64,000 nt of DNA from Candidatus Saccharibacteria bacterium UBA2951 (GCA_002348615.1 DEBR01000003.1:12268-76267); one strand, 5' to 3'; shown: positions 37,075 to 47,098, counted from the first letter of the stretch. The notes: generated from the letters alone by a model not told the origin. Translations and numbers: made by a program.

Positions 37075-37494
37075 ATGGCCACGTACGAAGGCATGGGACT
37101 ATGCGAACCAGCAGAGTACCAAAGGGCCTTCGAACAGCGTGTCCAATACCATCAACTCAAATCGGGCGAACTATATGTCGCCCGATTTGAAATTGAGGAT
37201 TTTCCGAAAGCCTACCGTATTTTAGGCCGTGTCGGTATTTTGGCAGGTACGTACGGCGGCGTCGGTAACCTTGAGTTCCAATTGCTGAACGACCAGGATC
37301 AACCACTTGCAATCCCGCCTCGCTCGACAATGAGGGACGGCATACTCAACATTGATCGCGGTGTCGTATATAAAGACCCTCAGCGTGGCGAACTGACTAT
37401 GCGTGACGCCTGTTTGGATAATTATTCACGAGGTCTTGATTTCGATTCATGGGTGGCGGAAATGAACGAACTGACAGGAGTAGGCGGACGGTAA
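37075..37494 (+). CDS. Hypothetical protein
   Basis: 139-aa ORF starting 3 nt after tsf. Confidence 0.65.
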   Translation: MATYEGMGLCEPAEYQRAFEQRVQYHQLKSGELYVARFEIEDFPKAYRILGRVGILAGTYGGVGNLEFQLLNDQDQPLAIPPRSTMRDGILNIDRGVVYKDPQRGELTMRDACLDNYSRGLDFDSWVAEMNELTGVGGR

Positions 37495-37549
37495 CTCTTC
37501 CGGTCCTGGAGCTATAAGCCAGGCTACAAGTGCTACAATCGTAAGCACT

Positions 37550-38026
37550 ATGAAGCGTAATGGCTTTACCATCGTTGAACTTCTTATCGTCATCTTGGTG
37601 ATATCCATATTGGCGGCCATTACGGTAGTAGCCTATAACGGTGTCCAAAACCAAGCTAATGACAGTGCCGTACAGAACGATTTGAAAAATTTCGGTAAAA
37701 AAATGGAATTGTTTAAGGTCGATAACGAGACATACCCGGCGGCGGGTGACATTACGGCATCACTTGGACTTCGGTTTGCAAAGCAGGCATATGGAACGGA
37801 TTTTCAAGGAAGGAACGTACGGTACTGTATCAATTCATCAACAGGTGAATATGTACTGGTGGCGAATTCAAAATCGGGCAATTACTATTTAGTAAAGCCT
37901 GGAGCGGTCGTCGAGGCCACTGTATCGACATATGGTTGGGGCGTGTGTAACCTGGTAGGGTTGTCATCGACCAACCCGAACCCGAACGGCTATTCGGCCG
38001 GCGTTTGGGCAGCCTGGACGAATTAA
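37550..38026 (+). CDS. Type IV pilin / pseudopilin-like protein, copy 1
   Basis: MKRNG|FTIVELL prepilin motif; Cys pair in the head domain. Confidence 0.92.
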   Translation: MKRNGFTIVELLIVILVISILAAITVVAYNGVQNQANDSAVQNDLKNFGKKMELFKVDNETYPAAGDITASLGLRFAKQAYGTDFQGRNVRYCINSSTGEYVLVANSKSGNYYLVKPGAVVEATVSTYGWGVCNLVGLSSTNPNPNGYSAGVWAAWTN

Positions 38027-38071
38027 AAGGGCTCCTGTTGGTGCGCTAACGATGATACAATCATAACCATT

Positions 38072-38548
38072 ATGAAAGTCCGTGGCTTTACGATCGTCGA
38101 ACTGCTTCTCGTAATCGTTATTATCGGTATCGTCGCATCAATAACGATAGTTGCTTATAGGGGTACACAGTTTAAAGCGAGCGACGCCGCCGTACAGGTG
38201 GATTTGAAGAACTTTGGCAAACGCGTTGAGTCGTTCAAGATTGAAAACGGCGCGTACCCAACGCCTAGTGATTTTACAGCCTCTCTTGGGCTTAAGTTTT
38301 CAAAAGCTTCGTACGGCGTAGACAGTCAGGGCTACAACGTACGGTATTGCCGGAACACGACCACTGATACATATGTAGTGCTGGCGAATTCAAAATCGGG
38401 CAATTACTTTATGGTGCAAACAGGGGCTATAGTATCCAGTACGGCAGCGACGTACGGATGGGGGGTGTGTCAGCTGGTTGGCGTCGCAACGACCAACCCA
38501 GACCCGAACGGCTTTTCGCCTGGTGGTTGGGCAAGCTGGGCAAACTAA
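38072..38548 (+). CDS. Type IV pilin / pseudopilin-like protein, copy 2
   Basis: MKVRG|FTIVELL; colinear 158-aa paralog of copy 1. Confidence 0.92.
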   Translation: MKVRGFTIVELLLVIVIIGIVASITIVAYRGTQFKASDAAVQVDLKNFGKRVESFKIENGAYPTPSDFTASLGLKFSKASYGVDSQGYNVRYCRNTTTDTYVVLANSKSGNYFMVQTGAIVSSTAATYGWGVCQLVGVATTNPDPNGFSPGGWASWAN

Positions 38549-38560
38549 GGGAATATTCCT

Positions 38561-39214
38561 CTATTGTCTGCAGCCCGCGATTGAGGCGACGTTTATGTAC
38601 GCCTTAGCGGTGGAAAGCTCGTCTGAATCTTCGGACAATTCACTGCTACTGTCGATAGCGACAGGCTTGATGATCTGAATTGCTGACTGGTCAACGCCAT
38701 TCTTGACAAGCAGGTCATTCAGCACTTGAGTCCGTTTGGTCGCGGCGTCCACGGTGTCTTTTTGAGTCGCGTCGCTGCTGACCGTCACCACGACGGAACG
38801 TTTAGAGGCATATGACTGATAAAACGTACCGATTTTTTTCGCTAATGACTCAGCATTTTCTTTGACGTCTGTGGCGTAATCGGAAGTGCCGTTTTTGAAA
38901 CCAAACGACTCAGTATAGAACGACTGTGGCGACAACTGGTCGTCTGCTTCGTTGCCCGTGAGCACCTTGTAATCGTCTTTGGTCAGGCACGCCGGTGCAC
39001 TAGAGAACGGATTAATTCCAAGAGCAGACAATGTTCCGGTCGTCGCTACACAAACAAACAGTACTACCAGCGCGCCAATAAGTAGTCGCTTTTTAGGGTT
39101 CGGTCCAGTAGGTTGTTCTGCCGCAAGCGGTGTTCCAGCGTCAATCGTATTAAACCAGTCCTTAACATCGGGGTCACTCGGTGAAGGTTGGTTGTTGAAC
39201 GGTGGCATGTCCAT
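38561..39214 (-). CDS. Single-pass membrane protein, possible degenerate OmpA-like C-terminal domain
   Basis: One TM; A.KR...LND.LVKNGVD...I resembles the OmpA_C helix; start uncertain. Confidence 0.6.
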   Translation of the reverse strand: MDMPPFNNQPSPSDPDVKDWFNTIDAGTPLAAEQPTGPNPKKRLLIGALVVLFVCVATTGTLSALGINPFSSAPACLTKDDYKVLTGNEADDQLSPQSFYTESFGFKNGTSDYATDVKENAESLAKKIGTFYQSYASKRSVVVTVSSDATQKDTVDAATKRTQVLNDLLVKNGVDQSAIQIIKPVAIDSSSELSEDSDELSTAKAYINVASIAGCRQ

Positions 39215-39218
39215 GGCC

Positions 39219-40319
39219 CTAAGCTCCAAACTTGTTCTTTAATTTAGTTATGTCGCCAGACGTCAGACCGATGCTTTTCAGATAGTTAAGGACGGAGCCG
39301 TGCCTGCTTCGGGCAGCTTGCACGCCGTTCGTTAACCATTCCTTTTTGACGACGCCGACGCCTTGGTCGTTGCTTAGTAAGTATTCCCGCATGACCTGCT
39401 GGTCACTGGCGCCATTCGCGTACATGATCATGGCGACCATCCAACCGGTACGGTCTTTGCCTGCGACGCAGTGGATATGTACCGTAGCAGGGGCGTTGGC
39501 TGCCGTTTTAAGAGCCCTTGCGAGCTGAGAACGCCGCGTAGGATCAGTAACCATAGGCGTGGTGTCAAGGATACCTTCAATCGGAATACTGACGTTCTTG
39601 GCGCCATCGATCGCTTTGTCAGGTGCAGATGGCGGAACTCGCAGGTCGATGATGGTTGCTTTTTTGCCCAAAAGCTTCGCCATTTGCTCGGCACCTTTGG
39701 CAGTCAATTTGCTTAGCTGCGCGGAACGGTAGAGTGTATTTGATTTGAGGACATTGCTCGATGCGGATGCGTCGCGCAGGTTATTGACCGATTTGATCTG
39801 GTCGGGGTTAACCGTGCCGCCTGGTGTGTCGTCCGGTCCACTGCCGGTCGGACCGCTTCCGTCTCCCGTACCAGTTGGAATATGCAACGTCGAATCGACG
39901 GTATTCGTTTTACTTGCAAAGCTGTAGCTGCGTTCAAACACACCGCCCGGCACGATAAAATTCAATCCTGCCCACATAAGCAGGAACGCCACTAACCCGA
40001 TTACGACATTCGTAATGATGCTTTTTGCCTTATTCAACTGGTCGGCTTTGTCTTCGGCGGTCGTCCAAAGAATCGAGGCATAGACGATACCAAGTACGGC
40101 AAGAACCCCGACGCCCGCCGTCATGATATTGATCGCAATAAGAAGGATCGCCCAAATGCCGTTCGTGTCATTGCCACATTCAATGATCACCGTTTCGTTC
40201 TTGTCACAAGTCGCCGCTTGGGCGGTGGCAGGGCTAATAATGCCTAACGCGAGCACTCCGAACAACGCGAGCGCTATGAGCGCCGGACCGAATCGTTTGC
40301 GGGGAAGCTTATTTTGCAT
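39219..40319 (-). CDS. T4SS (VirB2/TrbC-like) pilin domain fused to a tyrosine/lipid phosphatase domain
   Basis: Signal peptide; two TM helices with W.TA.....LNKAK.IITN.VIGL; Gly/Pro linker; N.RD, LYRSA, IIDLR, HCVAGKDRTG and EYLLSN. Confidence 0.85.
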   Translation of the reverse strand: MQNKLPRKRFGPALIALALFGVLALGIISPATAQAATCDKNETVIIECGNDTNGIWAILLIAINIMTAGVGVLAVLGIVYASILWTTAEDKADQLNKAKSIITNVVIGLVAFLLMWAGLNFIVPGGVFERSYSFASKTNTVDSTLHIPTGTGDGSGPTGSGPDDTPGGTVNPDQIKSVNNLRDASASSNVLKSNTLYRSAQLSKLTAKGAEQMAKLLGKKATIIDLRVPPSAPDKAIDGAKNVSIPIEGILDTTPMVTDPTRRSQLARALKTAANAPATVHIHCVAGKDRTGWMVAMIMYANGASDQQVMREYLLSNDQGVGVVKKEWLTNGVQAARSRHGSVLNYLKSIGLTSGDITKLKNKFGA

Positions 40320-40377
40320 GTTTGTATCAACCTAGTCGATTAGCTTGATAATAGATGAGCAGGCGTCAGATGTAAAG

Positions 40378-41451
40378 TCAGGTAAGCGATATGATCGATG
40401 CGTCGATTTTTAGCTCGTCGCGAAGATCGGTCGCCGTTATGATTGTCTGGTGACCGCGAAGCGCGTTCATAAGGCGCTTCTCACGGTCGATATCAAGTTC
40501 GGAGAATACGTCGTCGAGTAGAATAAGCGGCTTTATGCCACTATGATGAGTTTGAAGCTCGACCTCAAGTAGTTTGAACGCCAGCATGATAGTGCGCATT
40601 TCGCCACGCGATGCTGACTCGGTTGCTTGGTGGCCATCGAGTGACAGTTCGATATCGTCACGATGAGGGCCGACGCTGGTATAGCCACGCCGGGCGTCAA
40701 GGGTGCGGCTGGCCTCGAGACGGTGCAGTATCGCTTGCTGTAAACCGTCGTCAATGACCGTGAACATCGACTGGTAACGGGCTAGAACCGTATGGTCGAC
40801 CCCTGCGATGTCAGAATATATCCGAGACAAATGCTCGTTGGCGTGTTGGATAAAATTAGTGCGCGCTTTAATGATGCTGGCTGAAAGTTCGGCAAACTTC
40901 ACGTCCCATGCGAACAGGTGGTTCTGCCAATCACTCTCACTCATGACGTCAAACTGCTTGAGCAGCTCATTCCGCTGCAAAAGGGTGCGCTGGAACCGGG
41001 TGAGTGCGCTTGCGTAGGTAGGGGAAAGGCGGGCAATGATACCATCGATGAAATCACGCCGACGCTGCGGGCTACTGGTAAGCAGACGTAGTTCATCCGG
41101 TTCGAACAGTACGACCGGCAACCGATCCTTGGCTGCCATGCGCGCACTTGAAGAACCGTCCACGGTGAACTGTTTGGTCAGCTTGTCTTCGGGTGTGACC
41201 GAAATACGTAGCCGCCGTTCGGGTGCATCAGCCAGCTCGAGCTTCAGCTCGGCTGAAAGACCCTCGTAAGGTACGACGTCGCGATCACGGCCACGGAAAC
41301 TCGTACCACGAAGCAACATATATACCGATTCTAAAATGGTCGTTTTGCCGGATCCGTTCGGTCCGAGTATCAGCGTCACATTGTCATCCAACGTAAAGTT
41401 CGCCAGGTCGTACGACCTGACATTATGCACACTGATACTCCGAAGCAACAT
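40378..41451 (-). CDS. recF: DNA replication/repair protein RecF
   Basis: GPNGSGKT, GPHRDD, SRGE and LLDDVFSELD motifs. Confidence 0.94.
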   Translation of the reverse strand: MLLRSISVHNVRSYDLANFTLDDNVTLILGPNGSGKTTILESVYMLLRGTSFRGRDRDVVPYEGLSAELKLELADAPERRLRISVTPEDKLTKQFTVDGSSSARMAAKDRLPVVLFEPDELRLLTSSPQRRRDFIDGIIARLSPTYASALTRFQRTLLQRNELLKQFDVMSESDWQNHLFAWDVKFAELSASIIKARTNFIQHANEHLSRIYSDIAGVDHTVLARYQSMFTVIDDGLQQAILHRLEASRTLDARRGYTSVGPHRDDIELSLDGHQATESASRGEMRTIMLAFKLLEVELQTHHSGIKPLILLDDVFSELDIDREKRLMNALRGHQTIITATDLRDELKIDASIISLT

Positions 41452-41576
41452 ACAAATAGTATAATGATTTGGACCAAATCATTGAAACATCTCCTTATTC
41501 GGACAAACCTGCAAGCAAGGTTTGTCGCTTATTTCGTCAATGTTATAGAATAATAAGTAGAGAAAGAGAGATATCT

Positions 41577-42134
41577 ATGTTCGATACCAAACATTACCAA
41601 GACAAGATGGACCATGTTCTGGAGCACTTCGCCGACGAGCTAAAGAAGGTCCGAACCGGCCGCGCCCACCCCGATATGCTGTCGGGTGTCGTGGTTGAAG
41701 CCTATGGTCAAAAAATGCCGCTCAACCAAGTGGCTAACGTTACCGCCCCCGAGGCTCAGCAACTGCTGGTATCACCGTTCGACCCAAGCAACATCGGTGC
41801 TATTACACAGGCAATCCGTGATGATCAGGCACTTGGCCTGAATCCGAGCGACGACGGCCGCGTGGTCCGTGTGCCGATTCCGGCGCTTACCGAAGAACGT
41901 CGCCATGACCTGGTGAAGCAACTCGGCGAAAAAGTTGAAAACGCCCGTATTGCTCTACGGCAGATTCGCCAGGACGCGTTCAAAGAGGTAAAGCGCAAGA
42001 AAGATGCCAAGGAACTGTCGGAAAACGACGTGACTCGGATTGAAAAAGACTTCGATCACAACCTTATGCAGGACTATCAAGCTAAGATAGACGAAACGTT
42101 CAAAGCTAAGGAGCAGGAAGTCCTGAAAATCTAG
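41577..42134 (+). CDS. frr: Ribosome recycling factor
   Basis: VRTGRAHP, LGLNP and PALTEERR motifs. Confidence 0.96.
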   Translation: MFDTKHYQDKMDHVLEHFADELKKVRTGRAHPDMLSGVVVEAYGQKMPLNQVANVTAPEAQQLLVSPFDPSNIGAITQAIRDDQALGLNPSDDGRVVRVPIPALTEERRHDLVKQLGEKVENARIALRQIRQDAFKEVKRKKDAKELSENDVTRIEKDFDHNLMQDYQAKIDETFKAKEQEVLKI

Positions 42135-42135
42135 T

Positions 42136-42825
42136 ATGTCGGCCGAAGTTCCGACACACATAGGCTATATCGTCGACGGTAACCGCCGTTGGGCAAGGCA
42201 ACATGGCCTACCAACGTATGAAGGTCACTTGGCGGGCTATAACGCCATACAGGATATAGCCCGAGCAACCATAGACGCCGGCGTGAAGTACGTGTCGGCC
42301 TATGTGTTCAGCACCGAAAACTGGAAACGTTCCGAAGATGAAGTCAGCAAGTTAATGGGGTTAGTGCTGCGACTATTAAAGTCGGATTTGCACATATTTC
42401 AGGAAAACGACGTGAGGCTAAGAATATTAGGCTCACGAGATAACGTGAGCGACAAGATTTTAAAGGCCATTGACGAAGCCGAAGAAGCGACCAAGGACAA
42501 CAAACGTGGCACGTTGGCGCTTTGCTTCAACTATGGCGGCCAACTAGAAATCGCCGACGCGGTCAAAAAGATTGTTCAGTCAGGAGTAGCCGCCGACGAA
42601 ATTACCCCGGAACTCGTTGAACGTAACCTGTACGCAGCCGATATTCCTCCGTGCGATCTGATCGTTCGGACAAGCGGCGAGAAGCGGCTGTCGAACTTCA
42701 TGCTGTGGCGTTCGGCCTATAGCGAGCTGATGTTTCTCGACAAAAATTGGCCTGACATGACAAAGGAAGACGTAACCGATATACTTGAAGAATATAAAAA
42801 TCGCGAACGACGAATAGGGAAATAA
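42136..42825 (+). CDS. uppS: Undecaprenyl/polyprenyl diphosphate synthase
   Basis: DGNRRWA, FSTENWKR and RTSGEKRLSNF motifs. Confidence 0.96.
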   Translation: MSAEVPTHIGYIVDGNRRWARQHGLPTYEGHLAGYNAIQDIARATIDAGVKYVSAYVFSTENWKRSEDEVSKLMGLVLRLLKSDLHIFQENDVRLRILGSRDNVSDKILKAIDEAEEATKDNKRGTLALCFNYGGQLEIADAVKKIVQSGVAADEITPELVERNLYAADIPPCDLIVRTSGEKRLSNFMLWRSAYSELMFLDKNWPDMTKEDVTDILEEYKNRERRIGK

Positions 42826-42828
42826 CAC

Positions 42829-43992
42829 ATGTTGCTGATTGGCATTCTGACCGGACTTATTATTCTTGTAATCCTTGTAGCGATCCATGAGTTAGGGCAT
42901 GGCATCGTGGCACGCCGCAACGGCGTGGTCGTTGAAGAATTCGGTATCGGATTCCCCCCGAAGGCATGGGGCAAAAAGCTCAAACGAAGTATTCTGGGTA
43001 ACAACGTCCTGTTTTCTCTTAACTGGCTGCCGCTCGGGGGCTTCGTAAAGCTGCAGGGCGAATACGACTCGGCGTCAAAAAAAGGTGACTACGGCGCTGC
43101 CACGTACTGGCAGAAGACAAAGATTTTACTGGCGGGCGTACTGATGAACTGGGTAGCAGCCATCGTGCTGTTCACCATTCTGGCGCTCGTTGGACTACCG
43201 AAGATCTTGCCGAACCAGTTTAGCGTACCTGGTGACACCGAAACGACGATCGAACCGCTCAAGGTCGCCGCAGTCGAAAAGGACTCACCGGCTCAAAAAG
43301 CAGGCCTGAAGGAGGGCGACGAATTGCTACTTATCGGTGACAACGACGTACAGTCACCGAGTGAATTGTCTGACGCGACAAAGCAACTCCATGGGCAGAG
43401 CATTAACGTCACGTATTCACGTGCCGACCAGGAATACACCGTGCCAGTTACGCTGCGCGACAAAAATTCGCCGGACAAAGGGTTCTTGGGAGTGCGCACG
43501 ACGCAGCAGCTAAGTGAAATCCGTGCCACGTGGTCGGCGCCGATCGTCGGCGTCGTGACGACAGTCCAACTGACCGGTGAAACATTCGCGTCGCTCGGAA
43601 AAGTCGTTGGTAGTTTGGCGCAGGGTATTGCCAGTCGTTTCACTCCGGACGAATCGACCCGAAAATCCGGCGACGAAGCCCTGAGCTTCGCGACCAACAG
43701 CGTGTCGGGTCCGGTCGGCATATTGGGCGTCATATTCCCACAAATGCAACAGGCGGGCATTAAGCCGCTACTCCTGCTTACCGCGATCATTTCACTGTCG
43801 CTCGCCGTTATGAACGTGCTGCCTATTCCAGCGCTCGATGGTGGTCGCTGGTTCGTCATGACGGTGTTCAAACTCCTTAAGCGCCCGCTTACGAAGGAAC
43901 GCGAAGAAAAGATTCAGACCGTCGGCTTCATGACACTACTCGCACTTATCGTATTGGTAACGTTCGCCGATGTCAGCAAGCTTATTCAATAA
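42829..43992 (+). CDS. rseP: RIP metalloprotease RseP
   Basis: HELGH, PDZ and NVLPIPALDGG motifs. Confidence 0.93.
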   Translation: MLLIGILTGLIILVILVAIHELGHGIVARRNGVVVEEFGIGFPPKAWGKKLKRSILGNNVLFSLNWLPLGGFVKLQGEYDSASKKGDYGAATYWQKTKILLAGVLMNWVAAIVLFTILALVGLPKILPNQFSVPGDTETTIEPLKVAAVEKDSPAQKAGLKEGDELLLIGDNDVQSPSELSDATKQLHGQSINVTYSRADQEYTVPVTLRDKNSPDKGFLGVRTTQQLSEIRATWSAPIVGVVTTVQLTGETFASLGKVVGSLAQGIASRFTPDESTRKSGDEALSFATNSVSGPVGILGVIFPQMQQAGIKPLLLLTAIISLSLAVMNVLPIPALDGGRWFVMTVFKLLKRPLTKEREEKIQTVGFMTLLALIVLVTFADVSKLIQ

Positions 43993-44734
43993 GACCAGTT
44001 ATGCCCTAGGTCTGAGCCTGTGGGTATTCGTTGCGTTCTTTGTGGGTGAAATGCTGGCCGGCGTGGCAATGGCCTACGGGTTGGCCTTCAGCGGGTTGCA
44101 TTTGAACGCCGCACTCGAATACACGATATTAGCAGCGATCGGATATTCCTTCGGGTTGGCACTCACGGTCGGATTGCCTTGGCTGGCGACTCATAAACGG
44201 CCGAGCAAAAAAACGCTAGGAATCACCAGGCTGCCATCGTGGTCCGATATCGGGTTGTCGATTCTTTCGGTCCTGCCGTATTACTTGCTGTCGGCCGGCG
44301 TGCTTTGGGCAGCGATGACCTTTACAAAAGTGGTCGACCCGAACGTCGGACAGCAGATTGGCTTTGATAACCTGACCATAGGAGCAGAATACTTCGTAGC
44401 GTTCATTACCTTGGTATTAATGGCTCCGCTGGCTGAAGAACTGCTTTTTCGCGGGTACTTTTTGGGGCGATTGAACGAGCGAGTTGGAAAATGGTTAGCG
44501 GTGCTACTTACGGCGGCCGTGTTTGGGTCGCTGCACCTTTTTGGCTTTACAGACGATGGCCATGTCGTCTTCCAGTGGGCGACGGCACTCGATACGTTCG
44601 CGCTAGGAATCATGGCTGGCGCACTGCGGCTTTTGTCGGGCAGTATTTGGGCCGGCATGCTACTGCACGCGATTAAAAACGGCATCGCATATTACTTCTT
44701 GTTCATCAGTCCGTTGCCGCCAGGGAGTTCCTAG
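43970..44734 (+). CDS. CPBP (CAAX/Abi) intramembrane protease
   Basis: EELLFRG, FGSLH and HAIKN motifs. Confidence 0.92.
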   Translation: MSASLFNKTSYALGLSLWVFVAFFVGEMLAGVAMAYGLAFSGLHLNAALEYTILAAIGYSFGLALTVGLPWLATHKRPSKKTLGITRLPSWSDIGLSILSVLPYYLLSAGVLWAAMTFTKVVDPNVGQQIGFDNLTIGAEYFVAFITLVLMAPLAEELLFRGYFLGRLNERVGKWLAVLLTAAVFGSLHLFGFTDDGHVVFQWATALDTFALGIMAGALRLLSGSIWAGMLLHAIKNGIAYYFLFISPLPPGSS

Positions 44735-44751
44735 GGTAGGATATAAAAGAT

Positions 44752-45993
44752 ATGCGAGTTTCTAAACTGTTTACAAAAACGCTCCGCGACGCGCCTGCGG
44801 ACGAAGTTTCCAAAAATGCCCAACTACTTATTCGTGCCGGCTTTGTGTACAAAGAAATGGCCGGGGCCTATGCGTACCTGCCATTAGGTATTCGCGTGGT
44901 CGAAAAGATCAAACAAGTAGTCCGCGAAGAAATGAATGCCATTGATTCGAACGAACTCATCATGACCAGCCTGCAGCGAAAAGACGTATGGGAGCAAACC
45001 GGCCGATGGGACGATAAGGTGGTCGACATTTGGTTTAAGACGAAATTGCAAGACGAAACAGAGGTAGGACTAGGCTGGAGCCACGAAGAACCGATCGTCG
45101 AAATGATGAAGCAGTACGTGCGTAGCTACAAGGACTTGCCAATCAGTCTGTACCAGTTCCAAACCAAGATGCGCAATGAACTGCGCGCCAAAAGTGGAAT
45201 CATGCGCGGCCGTGAATTCGTTATGAAAGACATGTATTCGTTCCATGCGTCGGCTGAGGACCTTGAGCGTTACTACAATAAAACGATCGAGGCTTACAAG
45301 CGGGTTTACGACCGCTTAGGCATTGGCGAAGACACGTACGTAACATTCGCGAGCGGTGGCGCGTTCACCAAGTTTAGCCACGAATTCCAAACCGTCTGTG
45401 ATGCCGGCGAGGACGTAATTTATCTTCACCGCGAAAAGAACATCGCCGTGAACGAAGAGGTCATCGATGACGCCGTAAAAGAGCTTGGTATCGACAAAAA
45501 CGAGCTTGAACAGGTAAAAACAGCCGAAACCGGTAATATTTTCAACTTCGGTACGCAGAAAACCGACGAAATGGGTCTGCATTTCACCGGCGAAGATGGC
45601 AAGCAGCAATCGCTCTACATCGGGTCATACGGCATTGGTATTACCCGTGCAATGGGAGTTATCGCTGAAAAGATGTCTGACGACAAAGGGCTGGTCTGGC
45701 CGGAAAGCATAGCGCCGTACATGGTCTACCTGGTATCAATCGGTGAGAACGGTCAAAAAGCTGCCGACAGTTTGTACGATGAACTGAGCGCCGCTGGCGT
45801 AGAAGTACTTTACGACGACCGTGACGAACGACCAGGTACCAAGTTTGCCGACGCCGAACTGATGGGAATTCCATACCGCCTAACAGTCAGCGACCGTGGC
45901 GTAGAGGCTGGCAAATTCGAGTTTACAACGCGTAAAACAGGGCAAACGGAAGAGCTTTCGGCAACAGAGGTGAAAAATCGATTTACGGTGTAA
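44752..45993 (+). CDS. proS: Proline--tRNA ligase (short, no editing insertion)
   Basis: LLIRAG, RNELR, REFVMKDMYSF and GSYGIG; 413 aa. Confidence 0.95.
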   Translation: MRVSKLFTKTLRDAPADEVSKNAQLLIRAGFVYKEMAGAYAYLPLGIRVVEKIKQVVREEMNAIDSNELIMTSLQRKDVWEQTGRWDDKVVDIWFKTKLQDETEVGLGWSHEEPIVEMMKQYVRSYKDLPISLYQFQTKMRNELRAKSGIMRGREFVMKDMYSFHASAEDLERYYNKTIEAYKRVYDRLGIGEDTYVTFASGGAFTKFSHEFQTVCDAGEDVIYLHREKNIAVNEEVIDDAVKELGIDKNELEQVKTAETGNIFNFGTQKTDEMGLHFTGEDGKQQSLYIGSYGIGITRAMGVIAEKMSDDKGLVWPESIAPYMVYLVSIGENGQKAADSLYDELSAAGVEVLYDDRDERPGTKFADAELMGIPYRLTVSDRGVEAGKFEFTTRKTGQTEELSATEVKNRFTV

Positions 45994-46151
45994 ATCGATT
46001 GACTTTAGTCACACCGATTGGTAAAATAAAGACTGATGTAATCACCCCTGCGTAAGGGGATTTACACTTATTAAAGAATGAAATTAACGAGGCGGTGCCC
46101 GGGCAGGCACCTCTTTATAAGACTCTCTGTACAGAACAATAGGAGAACCAT

Positions 46152-46607
46152 ATGAAGAAGATGTATCAGATTACTGCCGACGGCCGCAAAGAACTTGAGG
46201 CCGAGCTTGAAAAGCTGAAGGCACGTCGCGGCGAAATCGCCGAAAAAATCGCGGAAGCCCGCGACTATGGCGATTTGTCCGAAAATGCCGAATACGACGC
46301 AGCTCGCGAAGACCAAGGTTTGGTCGAAAGCCGTATTGCTGAAATCGAAGATATCCTCATGAACGCCGAGCTTATTAAGACCAGCCGTAAATCAACCATT
46401 GGTATTGGCAGCAAAGTCGAACTGAAGAACGGCGCCAAAAAGGTGAACTACCATGTCGTCGGACCGGTAGAAGCCAACCCGGTTGAAGGCAAGATCTCAA
46501 ACGAGTCACCAATCGGCATGGCACTCATGGGCAAAAAAGTCGGCGACAAAGCCGTCGTCACCACTCCTAAGGGCGACATCAACTACAGCATCGTTGCCGT
46601 TAACTAG
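46152..46607 (+). CDS. greA: Transcription elongation factor GreA
   Basis: GDLSENAEY and ISNESPIG motifs. Confidence 0.97.
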   Translation: MKKMYQITADGRKELEAELEKLKARRGEIAEKIAEARDYGDLSENAEYDAAREDQGLVESRIAEIEDILMNAELIKTSRKSTIGIGSKVELKNGAKKVNYHVVGPVEANPVEGKISNESPIGMALMGKKVGDKAVVTTPKGDINYSIVAVN

Positions 46608-47098
46608 GCAGCGTTACGCTGTTCTTCGTTGTAGCGGTCTAATTCTTCCTCGAAAGAACGGCCGGACCGCCTGGCATTCTTAAACGCTTTACTTAGTGCG
46701 GCTTGTGCCGTAAGGGCGCTCGAGTTCTCAATCAGATGTGCCATCAGTTCTTCTGTGGCATCCGTGCGAGCAACATCCCATGCCTTAGCCGCGCTCCAGA
46801 TATTAGCAAGTGACGCTTGAGATCTGTGCGTTTGCTCTTCGGTAGCTTCAACGTCTTCGAGTAGTTGTTCGGCTGTGTCATCGAGCTTCAGTATCATCTC
46901 TTGGGTATCTTCAGCATCTGTTTCGTCTGTATGCCGTAATGTAATTGCAAGTGCTTCGAGCGAGCCGAAGGTTGGTTCGACGGTAGGCGGTTCTACTTCT
47001 TTTTGCAGTAATCCCTTGATTCCTGGCAAGGGAATATGGAGCTTATCAAGCAAAGGTAGGCGTTCGGTAGGCTTTGTCTGATGTTCCAGGAGGCTCAT
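46604..47098 (-). CDS. Hypothetical helical protein
   Basis: ORF from MSLLEH, convergent on greA; AT-rich upstream region. Confidence 0.65.
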   Translation of the reverse strand: MSLLEHQTKPTERLPLLDKLHIPLPGIKGLLQKEVEPPTVEPTFGSLEALAITLRHTDETDAEDTQEMILKLDDTAEQLLEDVEATEEQTHRSQASLANIWSAAKAWDVARTDATEELMAHLIENSSALTAQAALSKAFKNARRSGRSFEEELDRYNEEQRNAA

